This document shows, in pieces, positions 36,995 through 50,551 of a stretch of 64,000 nucleotides of DNA (position 1 is the stretch's first letter; each line of letters opens with the position of its first letter). The notes beneath the pieces are model-generated. The model did not search any database and was not told where the DNA came from. It was given only the letters and a program-made list of their open reading frames with translations. The translations under genes and the position numbers were made by a program. The stretch is taken from assembly GCA_977017645.1 (NCBI GenBank), contig OZ360240.1:34224001-34288000 (forward strand), written 5' to 3'. This DNA is from Torpedo marmorata (lineage: Eukaryota).

Positions 36995-37345
36995 GCAAAA
37001 CAAAGCTGGAGAAACTCAGCAGGTCATGCAACATCCATGGGAAGCAATAGGCAGTCGACGTTCGGGCTTGAGCCCTTCTTCAGGTTAGCCAAAAATCTGG
37101 CAGATGCCCGGATAAGAAGTTGAGGGGGGGGGGGTGGTGGTGAGGGAAGGGGGAGTGGCAGTTGCTAGCAGATGATGGATGCAGGAGGGGGAAGGTGATG
37201 GGGAGAGGGCAGAGGGCTGAGAAAGTTCCTCCCTGATTGGAGAAAGGAAGAGAAGGGGCTGGGGAGCTAGAGGGACAAGGGAAGTGAGAGAATGGGCGGA
37301 GGGGGTTACTGGAAATTGGTGGTCAAAATTGATGCTGTCTGGTTA
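36995..37345 (-). mobile_element. Older PLE 3' fragment with hammerhead motif (canonical CTGAAGA core)
   Basis: Reverse complement reads cctgaagaagggctcaagcccgaacgtcgac; upstream QPDSINFD-like ORF end. Confidence 0.8.
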
Positions 37346-37364
37346 TAGGGGATGTGGTAAACAA

Positions 37365-39060
37365 GCAAGACTCATCTTTCCAAGGGAGTGATGGGACTGC
37401 TGTGTGCTCTGCTTCACGGAGACATGACTCACACCTTCCTCTCCTGACAGTGCAGTACAATTGGAGGGCTTCTCAATCCACTGGATAGGCCGCATTGTGT
37501 CCTCAAGAACAGCAAGAGGTGGAGGCGTCTGCTTTCTCATCAACACCGCCTGGTGCTCAGACGTGGTGGTTCTTGGGAGCCTCTGCAGCTAGAGCGGGAA
37601 GGCCTTACTGTGAAGTGCTGCCCCTACTACTTGCTGTGAGACCGACTGCAGTCTACATCTCACCTCTGGTGACCGTGAAGCTAGTGCACCTCCAACAACA
37701 GCCTCAGAACAAAGTATCGCGAGCCTGCATTCCTATTAGCTGGTGACTTCAACAAAGCTAAATTCAAGAGTTCTCTCTTTGAATTCCATCAGCATGTCTC
37801 CTGCCCCACCAGAGGCCTCAACACCCATGACCACTACCACAGAGCCATAAAGAATAGCTATCATTCCATCCCAATCCAACTCTGTGGCAAGACAATCATC
37901 AGGCTGAGGCACTTCTACTTACTTACAAGCAGAAGCTGAGGATGGAAGGCCTGGGGTGGGGGGTAGGGGGGTGAAAGTCATTCAATGATTTTAATTTAAT
38001 TTTAATTTAGACATAAGAGCACGGTATCAGGCCCTTTCAGCCCACAAGCTCGTGCCGCCCAATTACACCCAATTGACCTACAACCCCGGTACATTTTGAA
38101 CAGTTGGAGGAAACCGGAGCACCTGGAGGAAACCCAAGCAGACGCGGGGAGAACGTACAAATTCCTTACAGAGAGCACCAGATTTGAACCTGGGTCGCTG
38201 GCGCTGTAATAGCGTTGCGCTAACCACTACGCTAACTGTGCAGCCCTGAGGATAAAGATGATATCCTACGCGGCTCCTTCAAGTTGGTAAGTTGGTCTGT
38301 ATTCCAGTGTGTGGAAGATTGCGTGACTCGGAGGACAGTACTGGTTTTCACAAATTGGAAGCGCTAGATGAACCGCAACAAAGGCCAGGCCTGAGATCCG
38401 GCCCTATACAAGAAATCTAAATCAGATCTTCACAAGGCAATCAAAGAAGCCAAGAGGCAGTCCCGCAACAGGCTGGGGTCCTGCGAGAATATCACGGAGA
38501 CGTGGTAAGGATGGCAGGGCATGCATGCCATCGTGGAGCACCAAGTAAAGGCATGCAGCATGGCATGCAACTATGCAACACTGCGCCAAGTGTTTGTATT
38601 TGAGAGCCAATGAGGCAGCGACATCCATCTCAACTACTTGTGCTCCTGCACCCACAATCAGGCTAGTCTTCCAGAGGAAAATGACTGGCTCAAATGGACG
38701 TGTGATGACAACCCGGGCAGATCAACTGGTGGGTGCATTCACAGATACTTTCAATCTCTCCCCTTATTCCTACCTGTTTCAAGAAAGTTACTGTTATAAC
38801 AGTACTGAAGAAAAGCACAAGAACTGGCCCAAGTGAGAACCAACGCCACCATCTTGAAGTGCTTTGAGAGGCTAGTCATGGCTCACACCAACTCACTTTA
38901 GAGTTGGTCTTGACCTATTTCAATTCACCTACCATTCATACAGGTCCATGGCGGACACTATCTCCCTGTCCCTTCATTTGGCCCGGAAACACCTAGACAC
39001 AAGGATACCTGTGTCAGACTACTGCTTCTCAACTGCAGCTCCAAGACCACATTCCCCAGC
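37365..39060 (+). mobile_element. Degraded Rex/Babar LINE, AP endonuclease to early RT
   Basis: DCCVLCFTET*LTP..LEGFSIH..RGGGVCFLINTAWC; AGDFNKA; ILKCFERLVMAH; many stops and frameshifts. Confidence 0.85.
37988..38246 (-). mobile_element. V-SINE (HE1-like) nested in the Rex remnant
   Basis: Full head, V-domain and tail. Confidence 0.9.
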
Positions 39061-39748
39061 CTAGCGATAATAGGGTTGTTTATGAGGTTTTCAAAAAGAG
39101 CTGTGCTGAGCATAGGGATGGGAAATTGGAGACGATCAAGGATAGATCCCAAGGGGATCACCAGCAGCAGCAAGATTGCAGCAGCAGTAAGAGGAACCAT
39201 TGATTCTTTGACAGTAACAGGACAGATAGGAGTAGAACCAGTTGAATACTCTAGTGATCAGGGAGTGATATGGGAGTTGCGAGGTAGAGTCTACCACAAC
39301 AAACCGTGAATATATGTCAAAAAGTTCATATACAGTTAGTTGTCCTTTGCAGAAGGTACAAATATGACTGATAAGAGCTGTTTCAGTGCAATAGCAGGAT
39401 GACAACTTGACTAGAGGAATTCAAACATAGGAGTGCTCGGAAAGAAGGACATGCATTTGGGAGGCGATAGCATGTCTAAAATCTTTGGAAGAGAATGAAA
39501 GGTTGGAGATGGGAAGGTGGTTTCCAGGGGCAATGAGGTGTTTATTTTTGAGGAAAATAAACTTTTAACTGAATGTTTCTTTGATAAACTCTTCATTTGT
39601 GATCCAATTATCACCCATGCATGCTCCAAGCAGCTACATTTGGCTTGAAAAGAAGTGCTTAAAGTCTGGACACAGCCTCAGTGATCATGCAGGGGTTTAC
39701 TGCAGCTGAGGTGTCTTAGTCAAAAATTTATGACTCAGGCCTTTGTTA

Positions 39749-39986
39749 GGGAGACACGGTTAGCACAACATGATTACAGCGCCAGCGACCCAGGTTCGAA
39801 TCCAGCGCTGTCTGTAAGGAGTTTGTACGTTCTCCCAGTGTCTGTGTGGGTTTCCTCTGGGTGCTTTGGTTTTCTCTGACCCTTCAAAAACGTATGGGGG
39901 TTGTAGGTTAATTGGGGTATTTGGGGGGGTGGGGCTCACAGGCTCATGGGCCGGAAGGGCCTGTTACTGTGCTGTATGTCTACATT
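39749..39986 (+). mobile_element. V-SINE (HE1-like)
   Basis: B-box GGTTCGAATCC, V-domain, tail gggcctgttactgtgctgtatgtcta. Confidence 0.9.
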
Positions 39987-41147
39987 AAAAAAATAAGGAA
40001 TGCTTCAGATAATAGATTCAATGTTCCAAACTTCAATCGGCAAAACACATCTGTTACCACATTGATGTTCCATGTCGACTTGAAAAAAACAATTTGCTGA
40101 ACTGATAGGGGTGAAATTTCTGTAATTGATGCTCCTATTTATTATTTGTTTTTGGTATTAATATAAATGTCATTAAACACCTATCATTCTTGCCTTTGAT
40201 GGAAAAGTACAAAATCTTTCATACCTTTATCTTAAAACAACTGTAAGCAAGCACACGACCTGCGAGATCCTTTCTCAAGCGATTTAAATTTCCTCACCTC
40301 CTCCCAGAATGGGTTTAATTTAAATGCTCCAAACAAATTGAAGCTCAGAAATGTTTGCTTATTGGGTATATGTGTATATATTAAAAATTTTAGTCTTATA
40401 TCCCATGATAAAATGTTCTAACGCCTCATTGGTAAAAGCTGGTTGTTAGGTTTAGTTCCAGATTGAAACAAAGACAATAATGAAAGATACATTGCATGTA
40501 TTTGTGATTCCAAACCCAAGATCCATATACAGATACCACAGTAACATTAGTAGACAGCAAAATGTCATTCCCCAGCTATTGAAACAGATACAGGCAGTAT
40601 TGCTTCTGTGAGTTATTCCATTGCATTGCTGCATTGCTTCTATAAAATTTTGCATGTAATACACTATTAAATACGGCAGGCAGAGTTAACAATTCAGATC
40701 CAGAATGTAGTACATCAAAAAGAATCAACATCACCAAAATGAGTGGGGTTGCCGATGTTACTCAATAAATTGTTCTTAAAAACAAAGTTATTAAGGTTCA
40801 AGAGAATTACTCGTGCTGCCCGTGTGAAGTGCTGGCCATGGTTTAGAATAAATCAATAATTCCTCTGCATTAATGTAAGAGATAATGGCTCCTGTCTGAT
40901 AAATCTCACTCTACGTTCATTGTGATACCCTGATCCTAATCAGCATGAGGCTCAATTACTGACATCATTGATTTTGAGGCTCAAGGATTCATAGCATCAT
41001 GCTGACAAAGGATGGAAAACCCAAAGCATTTCAGACATGTAATCTTTCTCTTTAAATCTGTGCACTAACCCTTGTCCCATTCCGACTTATAGGCAATCCT
41101 AGTGAGAGATTTTAAAAACCAAACATGGTGTCCAGGAAGGTCAGATA

Positions 41148-41250
41148 AGTAAAAAACACAAATGCTGGAGAAGCTCAGCAGGTCAAACAGTGTCCTTTAT
41201 GTAGCAAAGGTAGAAATACATAACCAACGTTTCGGGCTTGAGCCCTTCAT
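41148..41250 (-). mobile_element. PLE terminal fragment, truncated inside the hammerhead core
   Basis: Reverse complement of about 10630-10732. Confidence 0.85.
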
Positions 41251-41331
41251 AACTGACGTTAAGTGTTTGGTCGGTCATTAGATCTCTGCCACAATTATTG
41301 TAAAGGAGGGGCTAAAAACACATTCACAGAG

Positions 41332-42315
41332 TGTTACAACCTAGACCAGCAGCAATTGACATTCACCAAGACAATGGTATTTTCAAAACAATAATTTTTA
41401 TTAATAACTATTAATAACATAACTCTTCTTACTTAACTCTAAACTTAACCCCACTATGCGCAAATGTATATATGTGTGTATGTGTGTGTGTGTGGAAGAT
41501 TCAAAACCATTACAGTTTAGGCACAATTCTGAAGAGATGATTAAGATTTAAAGTTCAGTCTTAGAAATCTTTTGTGTTGAAACTCAGAGTCTTTACTGCT
41601 GTTCAAAAGTTCTCAAACTCACGAATTCTTGTAGATTTGCTTTCAGAGAAATATTTCTTCATACGAATTACTTTTTCACAAATCCCCCTCTCTTGCATAG
41701 AGGTTCCGGAACTTGTATTTTATACAATGAGTGTACAAACCCAGGCAAGGATTACATGAAGTGACCATTTAAAAATGGATATGATAGAACTGCCCTCTTT
41801 TGACAAAGAGATAGTGAAGTGGCTCTTTCTCTTCGAAACCACTGATTCCGTGTACCTCTCATGACAAGGAGAATACAACACAGTAGTACCTCTCTCATTG
41901 AAGGCTACTGCATTTCTGACTTCAAATGAAACTGGTGCAATATTAAAGGTGCCTTCCTGCCATCATAATCACATGACATGACATCACTGCTGGTTCTGTT
42001 TGATGTCTCATCTCTTCCAAAAGTATGAGTTGATGGTTCCGATTTGTCTGCTCAGGCCATTGAAGCAAAAGCCAGCTTATTTGAACAGATGCCCCTCTCA
42101 GCAAACACCATTGTCTTTAGTTTCAATGGAGAATCACTTCTGACTTTTATGGTTGTTTCTACAGCTTCAGCTGAACAATGAATTAGCAGTCGTTTCGTCT
42201 CACAAAATGGTTTCTGTGTGTGTGTAACTGTCTTTCCCTGTCCATCCACACAGTCTTTTCTAAAAATATATATATAATTTTAACTAAAGACTAATAATAA
42301 CACAATTCCGTCACA
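41332..42315 (-). mobile_element. Solo LTR (984 bp), probably Gmr1/Gypsy-related
   Basis: TGTTACA..GTCACA ends with 5-bp TSD CAGAG; on the minus strand has the same order as the 11.3-kb LTR: (CA)n, ATAGTGGGGTT, TTAATAAA, TTGTAACA. Confidence 0.85.
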
Positions 42316-42764
42316 CAGAGATAATTGATGAAATCATGAAATATTTGCAACTTTTATTTGGCCACTGAGGAAACCGAGAACGTGCCTTCTTACTGTGGCT
42401 AGCAGGGAACTGGACAGCCATAGGGATATCAACCTCAAACTGAACAGGTATTCCTAATATAAATGGTACTATGGATGGATGAATTATAATGAAACAACTT
42501 ATTCACTGCTAGCCTTTTAAAAAAATGGATATTGATTGTTAGATCCTTAAAATATTTTTATGCCATATTTCTGCATTCTCATTTATGAAAATGTTTCATT
42601 TTCATCTGCGTCAACATTATCCACATTTATTGCACACAAATATCTTGGGCTAAAAATTGCTTTGCTCTGTTTTAATGACAGAACCGAGAGTCACCCAAAC
42701 ATTGCTTTTCAAAGACCTGTGAAGACTTGAGATTTTCAATTGCAAGGTTAAGAGAATGGTATTG

Positions 42765-42950
42765 AAACACAAAAGTCTGCAGACACTGTGATTGTAGTAA
42801 AAACACAGAGTAAATGGTGGAGGAAGTCAGCCAGTCTCGCAGCGTCCACAGGAGGCAAAGATATATTACCGATGTTTCGGGATTGAGCCCTTCTTCAAGG
42901 TATATGCAAAAAACAGGAAGGCATCTGAATAAAGAAGGAAGAGAATGGTA
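42765..42950 (-). mobile_element. PLE terminal fragment (related subfamily)
   Basis: Reverse complement atataccttgaagaagggctcaatcccgaaacatcggtaatatat, followed by the PLE terminus. Confidence 0.8.
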
Positions 42951-44089
42951 TTGTCAGATCTCTCAGTGTCCTGCCACATTGTGCCCACTTCAACATGGTG
43001 TCCTTCAGTGCAGGTGTTTGAAGCTGCCAGCATTTAGCCCCACAGATGTGATTCCCTGTCGTCAGCTCTTGAAGTGTCATACCACTTAATGAGCAACACT
43101 CTTCCTTGTAGAATTCAGTTACTAAACTGATGAATGCTGCAACAATGATTGGACAGGGAGAGTGCTCCTTGGAGGATAGAGGCAATGAGATGAGCCAGGT
43201 CTCAGCCAGGAGATCGGCAGGAGGTTGCCAGGGAGATCTCTGTAAGGTCAAGAGTACAGTCCATGAATGGCTGCACTTTGGAGGTCTGCAAGGGAAGTAC
43301 ATACCCATGTCTGTTCTAGTTGCTCCTGCGTGTTAAAGAAAAAGTAGCTGAAATTTTCTCCTGTCTGTATGATGCTTGGATGTTCTCCCTTTTGCAGCAG
43401 TAGCTAACTGGAATGTGACTGAGGTAAACACCTGCAGCCTACAATGTACCTCAGGATAGCAAGCTAAAAGTGATCATGATCTTGACTTCCATTTCAAAAG
43501 ATGTACTGTACTTGTTGCAATGAACATCCATAGGTAATCATTGGTGCTAAGTTAAACTGGATGTCCAACAATAACCCTCATCAATTTCAATGAAGAGTAG
43601 AATCGGGTTGGATTGAAATCCATATTGAGTCTGACGTAATTTCCGAGAATGATGTGACTTATGTCATTGTTATTCTGAAGGCAAAAGGTAAGTAATAGCA
43701 AAACACTGGAGAATCCAAAATGACCAAGTGAGGTTTTTAATCCTGAAGACTCATTGATGTCATTTCATGTTGCCTTGGTAACTTCCTTTCAGAAGTGAAA
43801 TATTACATGAGACATGTTTTCCATTTCCAATGGACACATTTTGTAAGCAAGATATAAGCTCTGGCTTAGAAAGTGCTGTAGAAAAGCTCAAATTAAATTT
43901 ATAAACAATGGGGATGAACGCAATTGAATAGAAAATTTGTTTCCATGGGAAACTGAAAAACATAAATATTGCATTCTCATGACTTGGTGAAATTATGTCA
44001 AAATCTTCGTACCAGGAATTCAGATGTAAAATATAAAGTTTTGGCAGACACACTTGTGAATTGAAACATTCAGTCTTTTTCTCTTAAAT

Positions 44090-44425
44090 AGAGCATAGAG
44101 CAAGGCCATTGAGCCAATCAGAGTCAAACTGAACAATTCCATCAGTCCCACTCCCCTTTCTTCTTTGCGCTGCAGCCTATATCTTATTCTTTCACATACG
44201 CCTATCAACCTACAATCCACTTGTTTTCTTTGCTTATGATAAGAAATAACTTATGGTAGCCAATTAATTTGTCAGCATGATTTTGGGACGTGATGGGAAA
44301 CCAGCATACCTGGTGGAAACCCACATGGTCATGGGGAGAAGGTCCAAACTCAAGCAGCAGCTGAGGTCAGAATTAAATCTGGGCACCCAGATTTGTGAGG
44401 CAGCAGCACTAACTACTGTGCCATC
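44090..44425 (-). mobile_element. Older V-SINE
   Basis: ggaaacc..ggaaacccacatggtcatggggagaagg..aaactc..gcagcactaactactgtgccatc. Confidence 0.65.
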
Positions 44426-45383
44426 ACAGAAAAGGGTGCGATCTCTCCCAAGGAAATCATTTATTTTGGGGTACACTTCTAGAGACACTGCACGTCTTTA
44501 GTACTTCACTTAAGTCAATACTGAGCACTTCATGACAAAGGGGACTTCTCACCTGGGCCCACTTGCTCTAATGTGCCTCCCCATGCACTTATCAGCATGA
44601 GTCACCAGGCATGAAATTCGGACAGTTTTCATATTCTCTGTTGCAGGGTCCTGAGATCAATTGTGGTTTGGCCAGTGGCATTTCCTCTCTTTTGTCAGCT
44701 GGTCTATATGAATGTAGGTTATCAGTCAACCTTCAGCTCTTGAATTTTTTTTGTATCTTTAGATCACCAGATAGCTTTTTGGTTACTTTCTTTTCCCATT
44801 ACACAGAGCTATGATTGAAATTCTCACTTAGATGTCAAGAGAAACAAAATCAAAGTAATCCCCCAATGTTGCTAAGTTCTAATGAAGGTTTTTTTTTAAA
44901 CTCTCTTAATGAAAAGCATTATAGAATCAGTCAAGTTCTTTTCTTTTAATTGTGTTAGAGCATGTTCTAATTATTCTTTCAAGCTTTCCTCCTCTTTGTA
45001 ATAGGAGGAACTTTTGACCTCTTTCTCATGATGTTTCACAGTCAAAGGTGTTTATTAAAAAAGATTGGGCTGAAAATTAATTAAATGTGATGGAAATAAG
45101 GCCTATATCCCTTGAAATGCAGACTGAGCTTTTTGTCGAGGACTCAGGTCATTAACTTTACGACGATTAAATCAATGCATTCACTGAAAATAAACAGCTA
45201 TCCCTGAATTTCATGAGCGTGGAAAGAAATTCTGAGTGATTAGTTTTGACTGCACCATGTGTGAAATGAAGGAATAGGTGCACTTTTAAACTCTATCAGC
45301 ACAGGCATTTATTATTTTTACATTACTTTGCTGGTCTCCTTTCAATAGAAACACTATCAATGAACATAAAATTTATTGAGACA

Positions 45384-47429
45384 AGATTTCAGATTTCAGA
45401 TTTATTGTCAGAATACAAACCAGACATCACATACAACACTGAGATCCTTTTTCCTGCGGGCGAGGCAGAATCACCACTAATATTGGTAGTGCAAAAAAAA
45501 CTGTACACAATGTACACATGTAAACAAATAAAGAAATGTAAAAAACTGACTGTTCAATACAGAGAGGAGAAAAAAACAATAAAGTGCAAAAGTAAGAGTT
45601 CTTAAATGAGTCCCTGATTGAGTTTATTGTTGAGGAGTCACCCCTCTGCACCCCCACGTCCCCTGATGATCCCATCCTGTCCGTATCTGAGGATGAAGAA
45701 GTGCGTGCTGTCTTCAGGAGAGTGAATCCGAGGAAAGCATCCGGCCCAGAAAGAGTACCTGGCCGAGTATTAAAAATCTGTACTGACCCACTTATCAATG
45801 TATTCGCAGATATCTTCAACATCTCACTCCAGCAGGGTGCGGTGCCCACTGTTTCAAACAGGCGTCAATCATACAGGTGCCCGAGAAGAGTGCAGTAACC
45901 TGCCTTAATGACTATCGGCCAGTAGCACTTACATCAACAGTGATGAAGTGTTTTAAAAGTCTGGTGTTGAAGCATATCAGCTCCTGTCTGAACAGTGACA
46001 TGGATACATTACAGTTCGCCTATCATAGCAAAAGGACTATGGTGGATGCCATCTCACTGCTCTACAAAAAGCCCTGGAACACCTGGACAGTAAAGATGCA
46101 TTCATCAGGATTCTCTTTATCGACTACAGTTCGGCATTTATCATCCACTCAAAGCTGATCAGCAAACTCCAAGACCTGGGACTCAACACCCCACTGTGAA
46201 ATTGGATCATGGATTTCCTCACCTCTCGACCACAATCAGTGAGGACTGGCAAGAACAACTCCTCCACAATCTCCATCAATACCGGAGCACCACAGGGCTG
46301 CGTTCTTAGCCCCCTGCTCTACTAACTTTACACCTACGACTGTGTGGCTCGGTACGACAATAACACATCTACAAATTTGCCGACGATACCACTGTAGTGG
46401 GTTGTATAAAGAAAGGTGATGAGTCAGCATACAGGAGGGAGATTGAAAACGTGGCTGAATGGTGCACCAACAACAACTTTGTCACCAAAACTAAGGAGCT
46501 GATTGTTGACTTCAGGAACGGAAAGCAAGAGGTATACAATCCAGTGATCATTGGGGGATCAGAGGTGGAGATGGTGAGAAAATTTAAGTTCTTGGGAATC
46601 ACTATCTCGGAGGATCTTTCCTGGAATGAACACACTAAAAGCATCGTGAAGAAAGCACGTCAGCACCTCTACTTCCTCAGGAGTTTGTGGAGGTTTGGTA
46701 TGACATCGGAAACCCTGGCAAATTTCTAGAGATGTGTGGTGGAATGTGTGCTGACCGGCTGCATCATGGTCTGGTATGGGGACACCAATACCCCTGAGCA
46801 TAAAACCCTGCAAAAGATAGTGGACACAGCCCAGGACATCACATGCACAACCATATCCACCATCGAGAACATCGACAGGGAACACTGCCGTCGGAGAACA
46901 GCAGCCATCATCAAAGATCCACACCACCCAGCACATGCACTGTTCTCACTGCTGCCATCAGGAAAGAGGTATAGGTGCCACAAGACTCGCACCACCAGGT
47001 TCAGGAACAGCTGCTACCCCTCCACCATCAGACTCCTCAACAACAAACTCAATCAGGGGCTCATTTAAAGACTCTTACTTTTGCACTTTATTGATTTTTT
47101 TTATTCTCACTGTATTGCACAGTCGGTTTCTTTATATTTATCTTTTTACAGTTATTTATTTGTTTACATGTGTACGCTGTGTACAGTTTTTTTTTTGCAC
47201 TACCAATAAGTGGCAATTCTGCCTCGCCTACAGAAAATAATGTCAGGGTGGTATGTGATATCATGTATGTACTCTTGACAATAAATCTGAAATCTGATGG
47301 TGGAGGGGTAGCAGCTGTTCCTGAACCTGGTGGTGCGAGTCGTGGCACCTATACCTCTTTCCTGATGGTAGCAGTGAGAACAGAGCGTGTGCTGGGTGGT
47401 GTGGATCCTTGATGATGGTTGTTGCTCTC
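45384..47429 (-). mobile_element. Rex/Babar LINE short 3' fragment (45384-45639 plus 47293-47429), split by a same-family copy
   Basis: Both halves are reverse complements of about 46895-47297 and join at gaggagtc|tgatggtggagggg. Confidence 0.9.
45640..47297 (+). mobile_element. Rex/Babar LINE, 5'-truncated: RT domain, C-terminus, 3' UTR and (ATCTGAA)n tail
   Basis: [71 protein letters not shown]; ends gacaataaatctgaaatctga; stops and frameshifts. Confidence 0.95.
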
Positions 47430-49060
47430 ATCAAGATGCCTCAACATAGATCGTTAGACTGTTCAAGAGTTACTGTTTCGAAAGATAGAAATTTTCCCGC
47501 AGCTGTCAGTCTCTGTCATGCTAAGGGTTATCTGCATTTAGCGCTGCTGTCTTTGAATATACCATCTGCAGGGTGAGGCTTTGATCATTTCACATGCCTG
47601 CCTGTGGGATGCCAATCAACTGCTGACAAAGAAATGTGCAAGATGCCAATTGGATCCCAAAGCTCTGGCAGAAAAAAAGATTACTTGTCACAAGGGGCAG
47701 TTTTGTCATGGAAAGATAATGGAAAGAGCTATGCAAGAAAATAGCAATGTAATTTTATTTTAGCATAAACTATCAAGACCTGGTATAGTAACGAACCAAC
47801 TGCTTGGATGCCATTGTCATTTTGAGGGAGTTGAGGGGGGGGGGGTTGCAAATTTCCATTTGTGAAAAGTCATAGAAGTGACTATTCAATAAATGAAACA
47901 GCTTAAATGAAAAAAAATCTAACTACCTAGGAACTCCTTTCTCTAATAATTGTAAGCTTATGGTTCCTAAAGATCAGGAACCCCTCTTCCTCACAACGCT
48001 TACACTACCATCTAACAGATGAACAGCTGAACTGTCTTTGCAATTCACTTGAATGTATATTTGATAAATTAGAAGTTTGCCAGATGACAGACAGCCTTGG
48101 ATATTGTTGGAAAAGTTCTGTAGTGAAAGTGATTCAATAAAATCTTAAGGCTTGCTTGAAACCATTAGATCCTTTTGTATGCTGATTTATCACAATGGAA
48201 GCAGAGAAGAACAACAAATGTAACTCTAAAACAAAAATGTTCCATTTCAAACAAAATAGTGCAAAGACAGATGTCGCCTTAACTACTGAACATCCTATTT
48301 GCAAAATTAGTATTGATAATTCATATTTGTCTTAATTGTCATTATCCTCTTGGGAACAAAGGGTTTCTCTTTTATTTTAAGCTCCACTTAAATGTTCCCA
48401 CACAGTCATTAATATGACAGGAGAGGAGGAACATTCTCTTCACCTCTTCTTTTATTTAAGGTGTCCTCATGCCCTCCACTTGAGTAATCAGTTTAAATTA
48501 AAAAGCTCACATACATTTACATTAACTGTGACTGCCATTTTAAAGATCATTGTGAGATAATTTACTTTGAGCCATTCAACTGATTATAAAAGGGAAATAA
48601 AAAATAAATAGATATGTTTGAAACAACAATAATACTACCATCTGCACAAGAGATCTTTGGATATACAATCATTTTGTCAGGCACGTGAAGGAAGGCGGAA
48701 TCAGGTGATTACCTTAACGCTGGCTGCCTGCTTATAACACTTTGTCTTGTTAGAATTTCTTTCTGCAGCCAATACCCCAGCTTTAATCACGATGGACAAT
48801 ACTGACAAAAGTCACCATCACGGATAACCTTTTGAGAATTCTTTCCAAGGCAAGAAATTAGGAGATGATTGAGAAAGGTTTCTCGAGGAAAGGGGCAAAC
48901 AAAAGACTGGTATCTGATGGTGAAGGACATGGTATGGGAATTTTTTTTGACAGAAGTCAGAGGGCTATAATGTGTGGTCAGGGGTGCATGCAAATATTGT
49001 TGCAATGAAGGGCAGCATGGCCATTGAGGAATTTGAAGGATGTGAGTCTTAAAGTTATTT

Positions 49061-50092
49061 CACTGGACAATGAACATTTTGCTTCCTAAACACTTTTGGG
49101 CGTATTTTATGGATTTTAGACTGCTGATCACGAAAATCACCTTACAATTTTCCTATCACGTACCGTTTTTTTCACATATAACTTATTTTTGTGATTTCTT
49201 GTCATATTTTAAGTCTACTTCAAGCATACAAAACCATGAAGTGCAACATGTCATTGAAAATTCATTCTCTGCATTTGCACTTGGACTTCTTCCCTGCTGA
49301 TCTTGGTGCAGTCAGTGACGATCATGGTAAAAGGTTTCACCAGGACATTGCGACCATGGAAAAGCAGTATCAGGGCAACTGAAACCCATCAATGCTGGCC
49401 GACTATTGTTGGACACTGACACGAGAAGCATCAGATGCTGAGTACAAACGAAAATCAGCGGCAAGACATTTTTAGGTCAGTTGAACTAATGCAATGTGTC
49501 AGCATCATTATGTGATTAAACATGCTAAATTCAATAAAAGTTAATTTAACATCTCATATTCCGTCTCGGCACTCTCCAGCCAGATGGCATTAACATTGAC
49601 TTTTATGCTTTCCACTAAACCTGCTTGTTGTTCCCTTCCCCTCCCCCCTCACCTGTCCTTCCTGTTTTTCTCCAGCTACCCAGCCATCCCTCCTCCCCCT
49701 CTTTGCTGCTGTCCCCTCCCTCCTTTCTCCACCTATCATCTCCTGCCTTTGCCATCCCCCTTCCCCCCTCACTCTTTTGTTCGGACGCCTGCCGGCATTT
49801 TCTCATACTTTGATGAAGGGCTCAAGCCCGAAACGTCGGTTATGTATTTCTACCTTTGCTACATAAAAGACACTGATTGACCTGCTGAGTTTCTCCAGCA
49901 TTTGTGTTTTTTACTTCAACCACGGTGTCTACAGATTTTCGTGTTTTACTTCAAAGTTAATTTAATGTTTCTCCAACTTCCTACGTGATACAGCAAATGT
50001 GAAATTATCGTTGTGTTCAGCTTGAAGTTGTCTATCATAATCCCCAATTTTTTTTCAGGACGCGAACCTTTAAAAAAAAATGTTGTCCAGTG
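49061..50092 (+). mobile_element. Chapaev3-like (CMC) DNA transposon deletion derivative
   Basis: 10-bp TIR CACTGGACAA, 3-bp TTT flanks; transposase C-terminus MSLKIHSLHLHLDFFPADLGAVSDDHGKRFHQDIATMEKQYQGN*NPSMLADYCWTL. Confidence 0.8.
49550..49952 (+). mobile_element. PLE 3' fragment with hammerhead motif, nested in the Chapaev3-like element
   Basis: 13-bp TSD AAAGTTAATTTAA (49537-49549, 49953-49965); HLIFRLGTLQPDGINIDF; core TTGATGA at 49810. Confidence 0.9.
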
Positions 50093-50551
50093 TTTTCTGG
50101 GGTACATAAAACCAGTAGAGTTTGACATAATCAGAGGAACAGCAATGCTGGACCTATGAATGGAAAAGATCACAGAATTGGGAGAAGGTGAAGTTTGCGA
50201 ATGTGTTAGGAAGAAAAGAAGCGAAGGAACTGTTAGAGGAGTTAGGTTACGAAGAGATAAGGGTGCAATAAAGGTTTCAACCATACTTGCGCAAAGGCAC
50301 AAGTCAGCTATTGATCAGAGACGAGATAGTGCTGGAGTGAAAACAGACAAGGATGTATGCATGCCCTGATAGGACTTGTGAATGATGGCTTCTTGATACT
50401 GAACTGAAAGAAATTGGTATTTGATGTCAGAAGGGATTTTGGAAGCATTAAACAATATTGGAATTGATGATGCAGATTGAGATAAAGTTCAAAGTTTCAA
50501 CTGATTGTGCAGTTTGCATGTTTGAATTAATTGCTCAGGGTATTATGTTTA

